Counted from the first letter of the stretch, positions 29,605 to 40,700 are shown. The stretch is DNA of 64,000 nucleotides from Porphyridium purpureum (GCA_008690995.1 VRMN01000011.1:496001-560000), one strand, 5' to 3'. The notes: generated by a model not told the origin, from the letters alone. A program made the numbers and translations.

Positions 29605-32600
29605 ATGTTGACCAAGTTTGAGACGAAGAGTAACCGGGTCAAGGGGCTTGCGTTCCATCCCAAGCGGCCATGGGTGCTGTCCACGCTGCACAGCGGCTCG
29701 ATCCAGCTGTGGGATTATCGCATGGGCACCCTGATCGACCGGTTTGAGGAGCACGAGGGGCCCGTCCGAGGGATCGACTTCCACCCGACGCAGCCCTTGT
29801 TTGTTTCTGGCGGCGATGATTACAAGATCAAGATATGGAACTACAAGCTGCGGCGGTGTCTGTTCACGCTGATGGGTCACTTGGACTACATCCGCACCGT
29901 TTACTTCCACAAGGAACACCCTTGGATCGTTTCTGCGTCCGACGATCAGACCGTGCGCATCTGGAATTGGCAGAATCGCTCGTGCCTAGCTGTGCTGACG
30001 GGGCACAACCATTACGTGATGTGCGCCTCGTTCCACCCGTACGAGGATCTTGTCGTTTCTGCCGCGCTAGACCAAACGCTACGCGTGTGGGACCTGTCCG
30101 CGCTGCGGCAAAAGTCGGTCAAGGCGCCCGGCGGCCCCGGTAGCTCGTCGGGAGGCGGCGGTGGCCTCGAGGGAATGAGCAACTCGATGCGTAGCCAGTT
30201 GCCCGCCGCCGTAAACGCCGACTTGTTCGGCAGCTCGGAAGTTACTGTCAAGTACGTTCTGGAAGGGCACAGCCGTGGTGTGAACTGGGCGCAATTCCAC
30301 CCGACCTTGCCGTTGATCATCTCGGGCGCGGACGACCGTCTCATCAAGCTGTGGCGCATGTCCGAGACGAAGGCGTGGGAGGTGGACGTCTTCCGTGGCC
30401 ACTTTAACAATGTGTCGTGCGTGATGTTCCACCCCAAGCTCGATCTGGTCATCTCCAACTCGGAAGACAAGACAATCCGCGTGTGGGACCTGAATCGTCG
30501 CACATGCTTGTACACCTTCCGCCGCGACAGTGACCGCTTCTGGATCCTTGCAGTGCATCCGACACTGAACCTGATCGCCTCTGGCCACGATTCAGGTATG
30601 CTTGTTTTCAAGCTTGAACGTGAGCGGCCGGCGTTCAACGCGCTGTCTGATCGCCTCATTTACGTCAAAGACCGGTATGCGCGTGCGCTCGACTTTGACA
30701 ATGGTCGCGACACGCCGATGTTTGCGTTGGCCGGGAAGCAAGGCGGAGCTTCTGGGAGTGGCTCGGGTCTCGACTCGATGATGGGCGATTTTGGTGGGAT
30801 GGTAAGTAGCGGAGGAGCGGCGCGGCCAATCAAGGCGCGCTCTATGAGCTATAACGCTCAAGAGAACGCGATCTTACTCAACTATGACGCTGAAGGTGGC
30901 TCGTACGAGCTGTACGTGGTGCCCAAGGGTAGCGGCTCGGGTGGCGAAAATGTGGTCGAGCCCCGACGTGGATTCGGATCATGCGCGGTTTTTGTGGGGC
31001 GCAACCGGTTTGCGAGCCTGGAGCAAGGAAAGACGGTGGTGGTTCGTGATTTGCACAATGAAGTAACAAAGCGCGTGCCTGTCATGCTGCCCGGAGCCGA
31101 CATGATGTATGTGGCGGGCCCCGGTTTTGTTCTGTTGCGTAATGAAGAGACAGTAGCGATGCAGGATCTCCAGCAACGCAAGATTACGGCACAAGTGTCT
31201 GCCAGCAGCGTTCGCTATGTGGTGTGGAGTGAGGATATGAACAGGGTCGCGCTGCTTGGTAAGCATGTGTTGCTGATCTGCTCGCGAAAACTGGAAGTAC
31301 TGGCGACGATCCACGAAAGCATCCGCATCAAATCTGCCGCGTGGGACGATTCAGGCGTGCTTCTGTACACGACATTGAACCACCTGAAGTACTGCCTCCC
31401 GAACGGAGATAATGGCATCGTCAGTACGCTGGAAAACACGATATACATTACTCGAGTGCGTGGACCAGCAGTTTGCTACCTCGACCGAGAGGGCAACCCA
31501 GGGCTGATGCCGATTGATCCGTCTGAGTTTACGTTCAAGCTTTTGCTGCTGAGAAAACGGTACGACGATGTGAAGCGTATGATCGCAGAGTCGCGTCTGC
31601 CTGGGCAGGCTATCATTGCGTATTTGCAGAAAAAGGGATTTCCCGAGGTCGCGCTTCACTTTGTGCGAGACGAGACGACACGCTTCGCCTTGGCTGTGGA
31701 TTCAGGCTCGGTCGAGGTAGCGCTTGAATCGGCCAAGGTGCTTGACCGCCCGGACGCTTGGAATCGGCTCGCAGACGTTGCGCTTGCGCAGGGTAACGTT
31801 GACGTGGTGGAAATGTGCCTCCAGAAGACGAAGAGTCTCGAAAAGTTGGCGTTCCTGTACGTGCTGCTGGGAGACTTTGAAAGACTTCGAAAAATGGCTC
31901 AGATCGCAGAAAACGCGGGCAACTACATGGCAGTTTTCCAGATCATGATGTATCTCGGGGACTATGAAGGCATGACGCGTGTGCTCGCAAGCTGCGCGCA
32001 GGTTCCCCTTGGCAAGCTCTGCGCACGCAGCCACGGGCTTGATGAGCTAGCGGACGAGCTGGTGGGTGAAGAAGGAGCTTCAATACCTCATGCTCCGCAG
32101 CAGCAACAGCTGATGATGCCTCCCATCCCGATTGGAGCCAGCGAAAATTGGCCCCTGCTGCAGATTTCGCGCGGCATGTTCAAGCGCGACCCCAACTCGC
32201 AGGGCGAGTTTGAGGAGCCGGCGCTCGATTACTACGAAGACGCAGCGACGTTTGCCGAGAGCGAGCGCGATGGCTTTCTGGACGACGAGAACTATGTTGG
32301 GAGAAAGACCGCGACTGCCGCCCCGGTATTGGATCCATTTGCGAAAGAGTTGGAGCAGCAGGCCGCGACATCGAAGGCAGAAGGTGGTGGAGGTGGCTGG
32401 GGTGACGATGACTTTGACCTTGATTTGCCAGTAGATCTCCCGGGAGCCGCCGCGCCCTCGCTGGGGGCGGAAGGGGATGGCCTGGAACCGCAGGAGGACG
32501 AGTACGGTCGAGTAGCAGACACAGAGACAGACCACTCCGTTTACTATGTTCCGCCGAAGGCAGGTGTAGGCATTGAGGCGCGCTGGACGCGCTCATCCAA

Positions 32601-33480
32601 GCTACCCGGTGAGTTGGTGGCGGCCGGCGCGTTTGACGAGGCAATGAAGTTACTGGCGCGGCAGGTTGGCGCGTGCATGTTTGGTCCAATGAAAGAGATT
32701 ATGTCGTCGGTGTACTTGGGTTGCCGGGGTGCGACGCCGGCATCCATGAACACGCGTTCGAATGCACTGTTTGTCAAGTCTGCGCTGGGTCCTGATCGGC
32801 CGTACTGCATGTTGACACTACCATTTGTCAAGGAGCGCTTTAGCGCCGGCGCGCAATTGTTCACACAGGGTAAGTTTTCTGATGCACTGGCTGTGTTTGC
32901 CAAGCTTCTTTTGTGCATTCCTCTGGTCGTTGTGGGGACAATGGAGGACGTGAACGAGGTGAAGGCAACTCTGGGTCTGTGCCGCGAGTATGTCATGGGC
33001 CTACTGCTAGAGCAGCAGCAGCGCAAAGCCAAGGCCGATGGCAACGCCGCGGCGCAAATGCAGCTCTCAGCGCTGTTTACGCACTGCAAGCTCGCGCCGG
33101 CGCACGCGCAGCTCACGCTCCGTGCCGCGATGGGCGCCGCATACTCCACGAAAAACTTCATTTTTGCATCGGGCTTTGCGCGGCGCCTGCTAGACTCTTC
33201 GCCCAAGCCAGACCTCGCGGCGTCTGCGCGCAAGATGATCCAGTTTTGCGATCAGAATATGAGTAACGCATGTGAAATCGATTATGATGACCGCCGCGAT
33301 TTTGTCCTGAACATGGGCACGTTGCAGCCACTGTATACGGGTTCGCCGCGCGACGAGTGCCCGCTGTGCGCCGCGCAGTACTCGCCGGAGTTCAAGTCGA
33401 CAGTTTGTGTAGTGTGCAAAGTCGCCAAAGTTGGCGCGAGCGCGGAAGGGTTGCGAATCAGTACTGTTCAGATGCGATGA
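29605..33480 (+). CDS. COPA: Coatomer subunit alpha
   Basis: MLTKFETKSNRVKGLAFHPKRPW, WD40 repeats, GQAIIAYLQKKGFPEVALHFV, C-terminal COPI_C cysteines. Confidence 0.98.
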   Translation: MLTKFETKSNRVKGLAFHPKRPWVLSTLHSGSIQLWDYRMGTLIDRFEEHEGPVRGIDFHPTQPLFVSGGDDYKIKIWNYKLRRCLFTLMGHLDYIRTVYFHKEHPWIVSASDDQTVRIWNWQNRSCLAVLTGHNHYVMCASFHPYEDLVVSAALDQTLRVWDLSALRQKSVKAPGGPGSSSGGGGGLEGMSNSMRSQLPAAVNADLFGSSEVTVKYVLEGHSRGVNWAQFHPTLPLIISGADDRLIKLWRMSETKAWEVDVFRGHFNNVSCVMFHPKLDLVISNSEDKTIRVWDLNRRTCLYTFRRDSDRFWILAVHPTLNLIASGHDSGMLVFKLERERPAFNALSDRLIYVKDRYARALDFDNGRDTPMFALAGKQGGASGSGSGLDSMMGDFGGMVSSGGAARPIKARSMSYNAQENAILLNYDAEGGSYELYVVPKGSGSGGENVVEPRRGFGSCAVFVGRNRFASLEQGKTVVVRDLHNEVTKRVPVMLPGADMMYVAGPGFVLLRNEETVAMQDLQQRKITAQVSASSVRYVVWSEDMNRVALLGKHVLLICSRKLEVLATIHESIRIKSAAWDDSGVLLYTTLNHLKYCLPNGDNGIVSTLENTIYITRVRGPAVCYLDREGNPGLMPIDPSEFTFKLLLLRKRYDDVKRMIAESRLPGQAIIAYLQKKGFPEVALHFVRDETTRFALAVDSGSVEVALESAKVLDRPDAWNRLADVALAQGNVDVVEMCLQKTKSLEKLAFLYVLLGDFERLRKMAQIAENAGNYMAVFQIMMYLGDYEGMTRVLASCAQVPLGKLCARSHGLDELADELVGEEGASIPHAPQQQQLMMPPIPIGASENWPLLQISRGMFKRDPNSQGEFEEPALDYYEDAATFAESERDGFLDDENYVGRKTATAAPVLDPFAKELEQQAATSKAEGGGGGWGDDDFDLDLPVDLPGAAAPSLGAEGDGLEPQEDEYGRVADTETDHSVYYVPPKAGVGIEARWTRSSKLPGELVAAGAFDEAMKLLARQVGACMFGPMKEIMSSVYLGCRGATPASMNTRSNALFVKSALGPDRPYCMLTLPFVKERFSAGAQLFTQGKFSDALAVFAKLLLCIPLVVVGTMEDVNEVKATLGLCREYVMGLLLEQQQRKAKADGNAAAQMQLSALFTHCKLAPAHAQLTLRAAMGAAYSTKNFIFASGFARRLLDSSPKPDLAASARKMIQFCDQNMSNACEIDYDDRRDFVLNMGTLQPLYTGSPRDECPLCAAQYSPEFKSTVCVVCKVAKVGASAEGLRISTVQMR

Positions 33481-33736
33481 GGGGCATTTGCTTTCCTCGC
33501 TCTGAGCTTGCTCTCATGCCTCATGTGCAGAGTCAAATTACTAAAATCATGACTTTGTTTGTTGGGAACGTTTAATGATGCTCAGTTGCTCTTCTCTCGA
33601 AGGACAAGGGCTGGGCCGGGGATGCTCCCGTCACTTCGAGGACTCAATGACTGCGAACGACTATGCTATTAATAAAATCACCATCGCATGGTGACTGGAC
33701 CTTTGGAGCGCGTGAATGCACGTTCGGCGCGGCAAA

Positions 33737-34240
33737 TCACTCATCCGGTGTTACAGTCGAGAAGATGCCCTGCGCGAGAATCTGAGAGCAGTAGTGTTCG
33801 GCCATTTCCTGCGGACTAATGATCACCAAACCCTGCCCTGTCTCGTGTGCGGTCTGCATGGCTGCGTACGCCCTCGAGAAGGTCAGGGTCGGGATCACCT
33901 TGAGCAGCGTCTGGATAACAAATTCGCGTGTGTTGAACGGGTCATTCAGGATATACAGGCGGTACATCTTGCCCTTATCCGTGACGTTCTCCTTGATTGT
34001 CACCTTCACCTTTTCCTTGTCCAGCACGGTCGATGCGCGCACTGGCTCGCGCGCCACAGCACCAGCTACCGCAGCCAGTCGCGATGCGGCCACACCCGCA
34101 CGCTTCGGCCATGCTTGCGCGGCCGTACGAACCAACGGACGCTCACACGCGCCACGCGCGCTCAGAGCTAGCGCTCCCGCGTCGCACGGCAACCGCCAGA
34201 CCGCCGGCCGAATAAGTACAAATGCCGTGTCTGACGCCAT
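33737..34240 (-). CDS. clpS: Plastid-targeted ClpS adaptor
   Basis: YRLYILNDPFNTREFV...AMQTAHETGQG...EMAEHY; transit peptide from MASDTAFV. Confidence 0.88.
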   Translation of the reverse strand: MASDTAFVLIRPAVWRLPCDAGALALSARGACERPLVRTAAQAWPKRAGVAASRLAAVAGAVAREPVRASTVLDKEKVKVTIKENVTDKGKMYRLYILNDPFNTREFVIQTLLKVIPTLTFSRAYAAMQTAHETGQGLVIISPQEMAEHYCSQILAQGIFSTVTPDE

Positions 34241-35292
34241 GCTCGAATCGTTCCCCTGCAATCCGCGTGGACCGCGAATCGAGCCAAACAAGCCACCAAA
34301 ACCAACGCAAACAAGAAGCACAGCGCGTGGCGGTTTTGCCGCGTATGCAAGGCACCCCTGTCTACCGCGCGCCTTTTCCTTTCTTTGGCCCGCTCTACTC
34401 CACCGTGCGTTGCTGCTTGCGCTCTTCAAACCCTTCAGCTCAGCCGCCACGACCTCCACCTTCTCGAGCTCGTCAACGTTTTTCCCAGTCGCCTTCACAT
34501 CAAAATCATAAAACGGCGCTCCCTTTCTATGAACATATCGAGCTGGGGAGAAAAATGCAACCAGCACGCCAATTTGCCTGTGATTTTCTGGCCCCTACCG
34601 AACACCACGCAGTACACACAACTGTACACGGATTACACTGTGAAAACTGTACTTGTAATCGCCGGGGTGTACAGTTCACGACGAAGCACGGACGGGCGGA
34701 CAGACATTGGAAACCGTGAGAAATGAAAAGAGAAACATGTAACGGCTACTTGCCAAGAGTATGGTAAAACGGCGTTATTTCATTATGTTCTTTGGGCGGG
34801 CTGGTGAGCGACGCGGATTTGCTTTGAATGTGGAAAAGAAGAGTGTAGGCGGTGGACCTGCGCTCTGCGATAGAAGCGGACGGGCAGAGGGGCGACACCA
34901 GCAGACAGGCTGCGCGGCTTTGATTGATCAAGGTGGACAGCTCGATTTCTGTCGACGTGCGACCCTGGTGGTCTTTCTGAGTGGAAAGTGGGCAGCACGT
35001 GTCGCGGATGTGAATCGTTCTCACCGAGAAACACAGGTTGGTGGTCAGGTTGTGCACGTCGCGAGAGTTTAGACTCCCTGTCTGGCGCGCTAGAGTCACG
35101 TTTTTCCCCACGCTTGGTCGAGGCAGGTTCAGAAGAAGTAGCTCTTCAGTACCCTTTTTTGTTCTCGGGGAGGCAAGCAGACGGGTGGTCGCACGAGTGC
35201 GCGGAACGACGTCTAGACAGGAACAATCGGCTACGACGCATTCGCGATTGCATTAGCAAGGTCGTCTGAAGAGAGGCCGCACAGAATACGGA

Positions 35293-35892
35293 ATGGAAAA
35301 TCTGGCGCCAAAAGTCGCTTCGCGAGTCATGCGTGAGCTCGCAGAACTCACGAATGAAAAGAGCGCCGTGGATGGAGTCAGCGTCTTTTTGCCTTCGGAG
35401 TCGAATCTTTGTGACATTCACGCCAAGATGGTCGGACCACAAGGTACACCATTTGAAGGTGGAATTTCCCATCTGCGGCTCGCTCTGAGTCGCGACTTTC
35501 CGCACGAGGCGCCCAAGGGGTACTTTCTGACGAAAATCTTCCATCCCAATGTGAGTCCGACTGGCGAAATCTGTGTAAACACGCTCAAGAAGGATTGGAG
35601 CCCAGAGTTGGGCCTGAAGCACGTGCTCACCGTGATCAAGTGCCTGCTTATCGACCCGAACCCAGAATCCGCGTTCAACGAGGATGCCGGCAAACTGCTC
35701 CTGGAAGACTATGCGCAATTTGCTCAGACTGCGCGCATCTGGACAGATGTGTACGCCGAGGCTGCTGAGCGACCCGCTGAGTCCGCCGCGTCTGCTGACG
35801 GCGTGCCTGGCAGCAGTATGCCAGGTGACGGAAAGCCCAAGCCGTCCGATGCGAGCAGTAAGAGTAAGAAAAAGTCGCTCAAGCGACTCTGA
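35293..35892 (+). CDS. UBE2S: Ubiquitin-conjugating enzyme E2 S
   Basis: ENL.P.V, GPQGTPFEGG, PKGYFLTKIFHPNV..GEICVNTLKKDW, PNPESAFNEDAGKLLLE, C-terminal KKKSLKRL. Confidence 0.93.
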   Translation: MENLAPKVASRVMRELAELTNEKSAVDGVSVFLPSESNLCDIHAKMVGPQGTPFEGGISHLRLALSRDFPHEAPKGYFLTKIFHPNVSPTGEICVNTLKKDWSPELGLKHVLTVIKCLLIDPNPESAFNEDAGKLLLEDYAQFAQTARIWTDVYAEAAERPAESAASADGVPGSSMPGDGKPKPSDASSKSKKKSLKRL

Positions 35893-35968
35893 CATTCTCC
35901 AACCCCTAAATCGCGCTGGAAGCGTGTCTTGAACAGTAAAGCAAGTGCACGAAAGAGTGTGGGGAAAA

Positions 35969-37051
35969 ATGGGGAGCGTGAACGGACAGGCCAGTGCTTT
36001 TTGCTCGTCGCCTCTTGTGTCTGGCACAGTGATTGTGGCCTCGCGTCCGCAAGGGGTGACTCGATGTGGCGCCATCTCGGCGTGGCAGAATCGTCGGCAT
36101 AAGCGTTTTTCACGCGTACGTGGCGCGACTGCGCGCTCGAGCGACGGCTTGTGTATGGCGGCAGGAGCATCTCCGCAGCAGGAAATCTTTGACTGGATTG
36201 AGCAAAACACCGAGTATGGCGCAGTGACGCGTTCGGCGGCTTCCGGCGCGTCCGGCTGGGCTTCGGCGTTCAAAGTTGAAACGCAGTCTGGCACGCCGCT
36301 GTTCGTCAAAATGTCGACGAGCGAACCGCTCAGTATGTTCCAAGGGGAGGCAGAAGGGCTGCGCGCGATGCATCAAACGCACACGATCCGCGTACCCAAT
36401 GCCATTCACTACGGCGAGCTCAGCGCGAGACCAGGCGCGACTTTTATTGTCATGGAGCATCTTGACATGCGAGGCCGCAGCTCACAGAAAGAGCTCGGTC
36501 TTGCGCTCGCAAAACTGCACCTCGCCGAGCCGGCTGTGCAGGAAGCCAAACAAGGCATGTTCGGTTTTCATGTGAACAACACGATCGGCGGCACATTCCA
36601 GCCGAACGAGTGGACCGACTCATGGGTGGACTTCTTCCGTGAGAAGCGTATCATGCACCAAATTAAGCTCGCCAAGTCGGCCGAATTGCGCAACTTGGCC
36701 ACAAGGCTCTGCGATCGGTTGCCAAGCTACTTTGAGGGAATTACAGTCCAACCAAGCGTTTTGCACGGCGACCTCTGGAGCGGGAACATTGGCGCCGCGA
36801 ACGGCGAGGTGGCGATTTTTGACCCCGCCACGTACTACGGCCACCACGAAGCAGAGTTCGGCATGTCTTGGTGCGCGGGATTTGGTCCAGAGTTTTGGGA
36901 CGCATACCATTCGCTCATTCCACGTGCGCCGGGCTTCAAAGAACGACACAAAATCTACACACTCTACCACTACCTGAATCACTACAATCTGTTTGGCGGC
37001 GGCTATTACAATTCAGCCTACGCAATCCTTTCGGACCTTGTGGGTAAGTGA
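35969..37051 (+). CDS. Fructosamine/ribulosamine 3-kinase family protein, organelle-targeted
   Basis: FVK, MFQGEAEGL, FGFHVNNTIG, PSVLHGDLWSGN, FDPATYYGHHEAEF, LYHYLNHYNLFG. Confidence 0.93.
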   Translation: MGSVNGQASAFCSSPLVSGTVIVASRPQGVTRCGAISAWQNRRHKRFSRVRGATARSSDGLCMAAGASPQQEIFDWIEQNTEYGAVTRSAASGASGWASAFKVETQSGTPLFVKMSTSEPLSMFQGEAEGLRAMHQTHTIRVPNAIHYGELSARPGATFIVMEHLDMRGRSSQKELGLALAKLHLAEPAVQEAKQGMFGFHVNNTIGGTFQPNEWTDSWVDFFREKRIMHQIKLAKSAELRNLATRLCDRLPSYFEGITVQPSVLHGDLWSGNIGAANGEVAIFDPATYYGHHEAEFGMSWCAGFGPEFWDAYHSLIPRAPGFKERHKIYTLYHYLNHYNLFGGGYYNSAYAILSDLVGK

Positions 37052-37073
37052 TTGAAGCAACTCCATGAGAGCG

Positions 37074-37787
37074 TCAGATTAGAGCACGTTTTTTCAGGAA
37101 AAACCCGACGTAGAATGCCTCGAACGCGCCAACTAGCACCAAAATGACAATTGCTGTCCCGCTAAGCGCGGTTAGCTGCCTATTCAACCTCTCCGATTGC
37201 TCCTCCTGCTCCTGAAAGCGCCGATTGGCGCTGTGAAGCGTATCGACAAGCGTGTTCATGTAATCATTCAGATGCTCTGCGGTGGTTTGCAGGCGATCCA
37301 TCTGCGTCTTGTCGGCAAGGCCCACGTCGGCAAGGTTAGGTTGGTGCAGGATTTCAAAATTGATTGTGACCTTTCGGAAGGAAGTGGTCATATCATCTTC
37401 CCTTCCAAGATACTGGTGGTACACGCAAAAGTCGTACGATACTCGCTTTCCATTCGCCAGGTCCTCCGGCACGAGCGTGAAGACGCCGTGATCCGCGTCC
37501 GACTTGAAAATCACCGGCCGTTTCTGCTCGGTCCCGCCATCCAGCGGCTTGATCCAGAAATTCACGGGCATTTCCTTGCCTTTCCCGCCGCCATGCACCA
37601 CATACGTCACCCTAACCGGCACGTGCGGCACCAGGCTCTCCTGCAGACATCGGTTATGGAACGGCCTGAGCTTGAACGTGTACGCGTCTGCGCCATCCCA
37701 CGCCAGCGCCAACCACGCAACCACCACAAACACCACAGCACCGCACCATCCCGAAGGCACCCTCCACCGCGCGCCGTCCATGCCCAT
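37074..37787 (-). CDS. p24/emp24/gp25L (GOLD) cargo receptor
   Basis: Signal peptide, two-Cys GOLD domain, coiled coil, TM helix and FFLKKRALI tail. Confidence 0.85.
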   Translation of the reverse strand: MGMDGARWRVPSGWCGAVVFVVVAWLALAWDGADAYTFKLRPFHNRCLQESLVPHVPVRVTYVVHGGGKGKEMPVNFWIKPLDGGTEQKRPVIFKSDADHGVFTLVPEDLANGKRVSYDFCVYHQYLGREDDMTTSFRKVTINFEILHQPNLADVGLADKTQMDRLQTTAEHLNDYMNTLVDTLHSANRRFQEQEEQSERLNRQLTALSGTAIVILVLVGAFEAFYVGFFLKKRALI

Positions 37788-37985
37788 CAAGCCTCTGATC
37801 GCGCCTCCTTGTCCTTCTCTTTCCTCCTCCGACACCCTCTTCCCCACCTGTGTCTCTCTTTCTCTCCCTCTTCAGCTGCACGCTCGCACAAAAGTTCCAT
37901 CCGCACAGGATTACGTTAGAATAAGCATTAATAAATATGTTAAATTTAAACGCCTTGTGAAATGAGACCGTTTTGTGATAACGTG

Positions 37986-38024
37986 CTTCTAGGGTTTCCA
38001 GGGCTTCTAGGGTTTCTAGGGTTT
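37986..38024. repeat. Four tandem 9-mers YTTCYAGGG (telomere/telo-box-like)
   Basis: CTTCTAGGG TTTCCAGGG CTTCTAGGG TTTCTAGGG TTT. Confidence 0.7.
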
Positions 38025-39275
38025 GACTTTGGCGTGCATTTGGAGTGCCAGGAGGTGGAAGTCTGGACTGGCGTGTGAGACCATGATGCAAGCACGATCG
38101 GGGATGAACGAGAAGCGCAGACAAGGGATGGACGGTTCTGAAGGAGCCGCAGCATTTCTTTGCGACCGCTCGACCTCGAGCTCGAGCTCCGCACGCATAA
38201 AGCGCAGAAAGTCGTCCATGAACTGCAGGCAGACAAACTTGTCCCATGCCACATGCCGCAGCGGGCTGTTCGGACTCCGCGACGCCAGGCTTTGCGTGTT
38301 CATTTCTTCGATCCGCAGCAACATTCCGTTATCGTCCCGGAACCCGACGCGGATGGTTTGGACTCCCGCCAAGTAGCTCTGGATCCAATACTTGATCGCC
38401 TTGTACCGATAGAAATTGTTGCGCTGCCGGTCATTTTCCATGACGCGCGACGTCTTCAGTTCTGTGTAATTTGCGCGCGAGCCCGCACCATGTCCTCTAA
38501 CAATGCCGGTCTCCTTGCAATCTATCTCTGCCGCCAAGGCAATCCGCGCTTCTCGTAATCTGAAATTCACGATACTGCAGAATTCCTCGCCGTGCTGCGC
38601 ATCCACGGTGTCGCCACGTTCTTCATGCTCTGACACTCGCGTGGTTGCAATTTGCTCGAAACGGTACCCGTAGTACTCAAACCTCAGCTGTGATGGCTGC
38701 GCATCTGGTTCAGGTAGCATGACAATCTGCAGAACCAAGGTGCGCTCAAGTAGACACGCGTCGATATGCCACGCATCGCGACTGTTGTATGGTGTGAGCC
38801 CGATTTTGTTGAGATTGTTGCGGTAGCTGATCACGTCAATGTTGGCGAGTGATTGGCTTCCGAGTCTTTCCAAGATGGCATCCAGTACATTCGACACGCA
38901 CGCGTCCTTAGGTGCGCCGCGTGCGTCGGACACTGGTTCAGAACGATGACGATCCTTGATGTAATCGTCGAACCCGACATTCAAATCACACGGAAGTTCT
39001 CGCGGCGCACAGTAGGTACGCAGCGCCGAGCGATCATTGAGCAAGTACGCAAATGACGCTGTGCGACTATAGCATGCGACTTCCCTGGGCTCTGAAATCA
39101 GCAGCCGCTGATCATTCATCATGTTGGACTTGCCCATATTCCGCCGGCGCCATCCCGCCACATCAAACGACGCCCGACTGTTGTCGACGTATCCGCTGGA
39201 CAGTGACGACGCAAATGGCCGTGGTCCCTTCATACCCATCTCAACCAACCCATGCACGAACGCGGAGCCTTTCAT
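38016..39275 (-). CDS. DXO: DXO/RAI1 decapping exoribonuclease family
   Basis: ISYRNNL, YYGYRFE, EFCSIV, AEIDC, ELKTS, KYWIQSYLAGV...GFRD. The start codon is uncertain. Confidence 0.9.
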   Translation of the reverse strand: MKGSAFVHGLVEMGMKGPRPFASSLSSGYVDNSRASFDVAGWRRRNMGKSNMMNDQRLLISEPREVACYSRTASFAYLLNDRSALRTYCAPRELPCDLNVGFDDYIKDRHRSEPVSDARGAPKDACVSNVLDAILERLGSQSLANIDVISYRNNLNKIGLTPYNSRDAWHIDACLLERTLVLQIVMLPEPDAQPSQLRFEYYGYRFEQIATTRVSEHEERGDTVDAQHGEEFCSIVNFRLREARIALAAEIDCKETGIVRGHGAGSRANYTELKTSRVMENDRQRNNFYRYKAIKYWIQSYLAGVQTIRVGFRDDNGMLLRIEEMNTQSLASRSPNSPLRHVAWDKFVCLQFMDDFLRFMRAELELEVERSQRNAAAPSEPSIPCLRFSFIPDRACIMVSHASPDFHLLALQMHAKVKP

Positions 39276-39361
39276 CGGCTGTGACCTGCTGGTCCGTTCT
39301 GTCGCTCGAGACAGCAGTTTCGGGCACGAGGCGTCATTGGGAATGGAGGCAAAGAGGGACA

Positions 39362-40606
39362 ATGGCGTTTGATTGGTACAAGTACATACGGATGGGTCTT
39401 GTCGGGCTCTATCTGTGGTTTCTTTTCTGCACGAGCCTTGCGGTGATCTCCTTGCTTGCTCAGCTGCTCATTTGGACGCTGATTCCGTCCAATATTCGCG
39501 TTCCCGTCCAGTTCATGTCGTCCTCGGCAGCTGTTCACGGCCACGCGACGCATGTGCAAGCACTACGAGCAAGGCACCTTGGCTTCGAAGATGGCCGTCT
39601 GGAAGCCGTGGTTGAGCTGCCGCATGCACGCTCATGGTGGACATGTATGGACGCTGAGCTGGAGTTGGAACTAGCCGAGACAATGGAAAATCTAGAGCAC
39701 TCTGCTTTCACAGTACATGCTACTGCCGGTGTTCGCGTGGCGAATTCCTTGAGCTACGATGAAGATGCATTTTCCACTGCTTGTGCGTGGTCTTTGGACA
39801 CCAGCGCGACCATGTTGTACAAGTCTCGCGCATCCATCACAATCCAAGCGATCGTGTACGCATTGCCCCTGCTACTTGGTCTGCGCTCCGAGTATCAGCG
39901 CGTGTATGTGCCCTTTACGGATTCTTGCTGCCTGAGGCCAATCGACATGCTTGTATGTTTGGAACAGAATCAGAAGAACACTTCTACTTTTATTCCTTGT
40001 CGATGTGACCAGTGGCCTGAGCCGTCCGTCGATGCGATTTCCTCGGAGACTGGTGCTTCTGGCTGGCAAGCAGCGACCCACATGAAGATCAGCATCAGCC
40101 CAACGGTGGTCGCACCGGCACGCGCTTGGCTGAGAATGACAGGGACACGGCCGTGGCTGTGGAGCTCGTCGCCACTCGGCACCGCTCGCAAAATCGCGTT
40201 TGGGGCTGTGATCATACTCTGGTACGTCTCTGCGCTTTCGTCACTGATACTGGCGTGGTGCGTCGGGTTCTCCATCAAAAGCGTGCTTGAAACTTTATTC
40301 AAGAAAGGTACCGGTCATCGCGCTACAAGTGAACTGCAAGCGAACTCGAATCAGCATGCGCCTCGGGACCAGCGCACCACGCAATCGAGCAATCCCAGGA
40401 CACGAACCGATGCGGAAGATGTGATGTCACTTCTGAGTGGCACATCAGAAGCTCATCAAAGGACCGAACCCCGGCCCACGCCTGAAGGCGACCGCGACCG
40501 CGGACACCTCACCGATGAAAGCATCACCTTCTCTGGAGGCTTGCGTCGTCGAAAAAGTCGATCTCGCTCCAGAGCAGTGAGTGAGACAACACACAGTGCC
40601 GAATAG
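39362..40606 (+). CDS. Seipin-like ER lipid-droplet protein
   Basis: Two TM segments flank a luminal domain with VPVQF, LELELAE..EN and MLYKS...LPLLLG..SEYQ. Confidence 0.7.
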   Translation: MAFDWYKYIRMGLVGLYLWFLFCTSLAVISLLAQLLIWTLIPSNIRVPVQFMSSSAAVHGHATHVQALRARHLGFEDGRLEAVVELPHARSWWTCMDAELELELAETMENLEHSAFTVHATAGVRVANSLSYDEDAFSTACAWSLDTSATMLYKSRASITIQAIVYALPLLLGLRSEYQRVYVPFTDSCCLRPIDMLVCLEQNQKNTSTFIPCRCDQWPEPSVDAISSETGASGWQAATHMKISISPTVVAPARAWLRMTGTRPWLWSSSPLGTARKIAFGAVIILWYVSALSSLILAWCVGFSIKSVLETLFKKGTGHRATSELQANSNQHAPRDQRTTQSSNPRTRTDAEDVMSLLSGTSEAHQRTEPRPTPEGDRDRGHLTDESITFSGGLRRRKSRSRSRAVSETTHSAE

Positions 40607-40700
40607 ACTCATCTGGGTACTTACGGAAACGCACACGCGATATGTTTTAGAAATGTCAATGCGGTAGCGCGTCGTGGCTAATCTGTCTACATCTTTGTCA

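Noticed and set aside
34241..35290. N-terminal extension of the ClpS ORF and ORFs 34746-35111 and 34761-35072
   Set aside because: No recognisable motifs; more likely a divergent promoter/UTR region. A small gene cannot be excluded.
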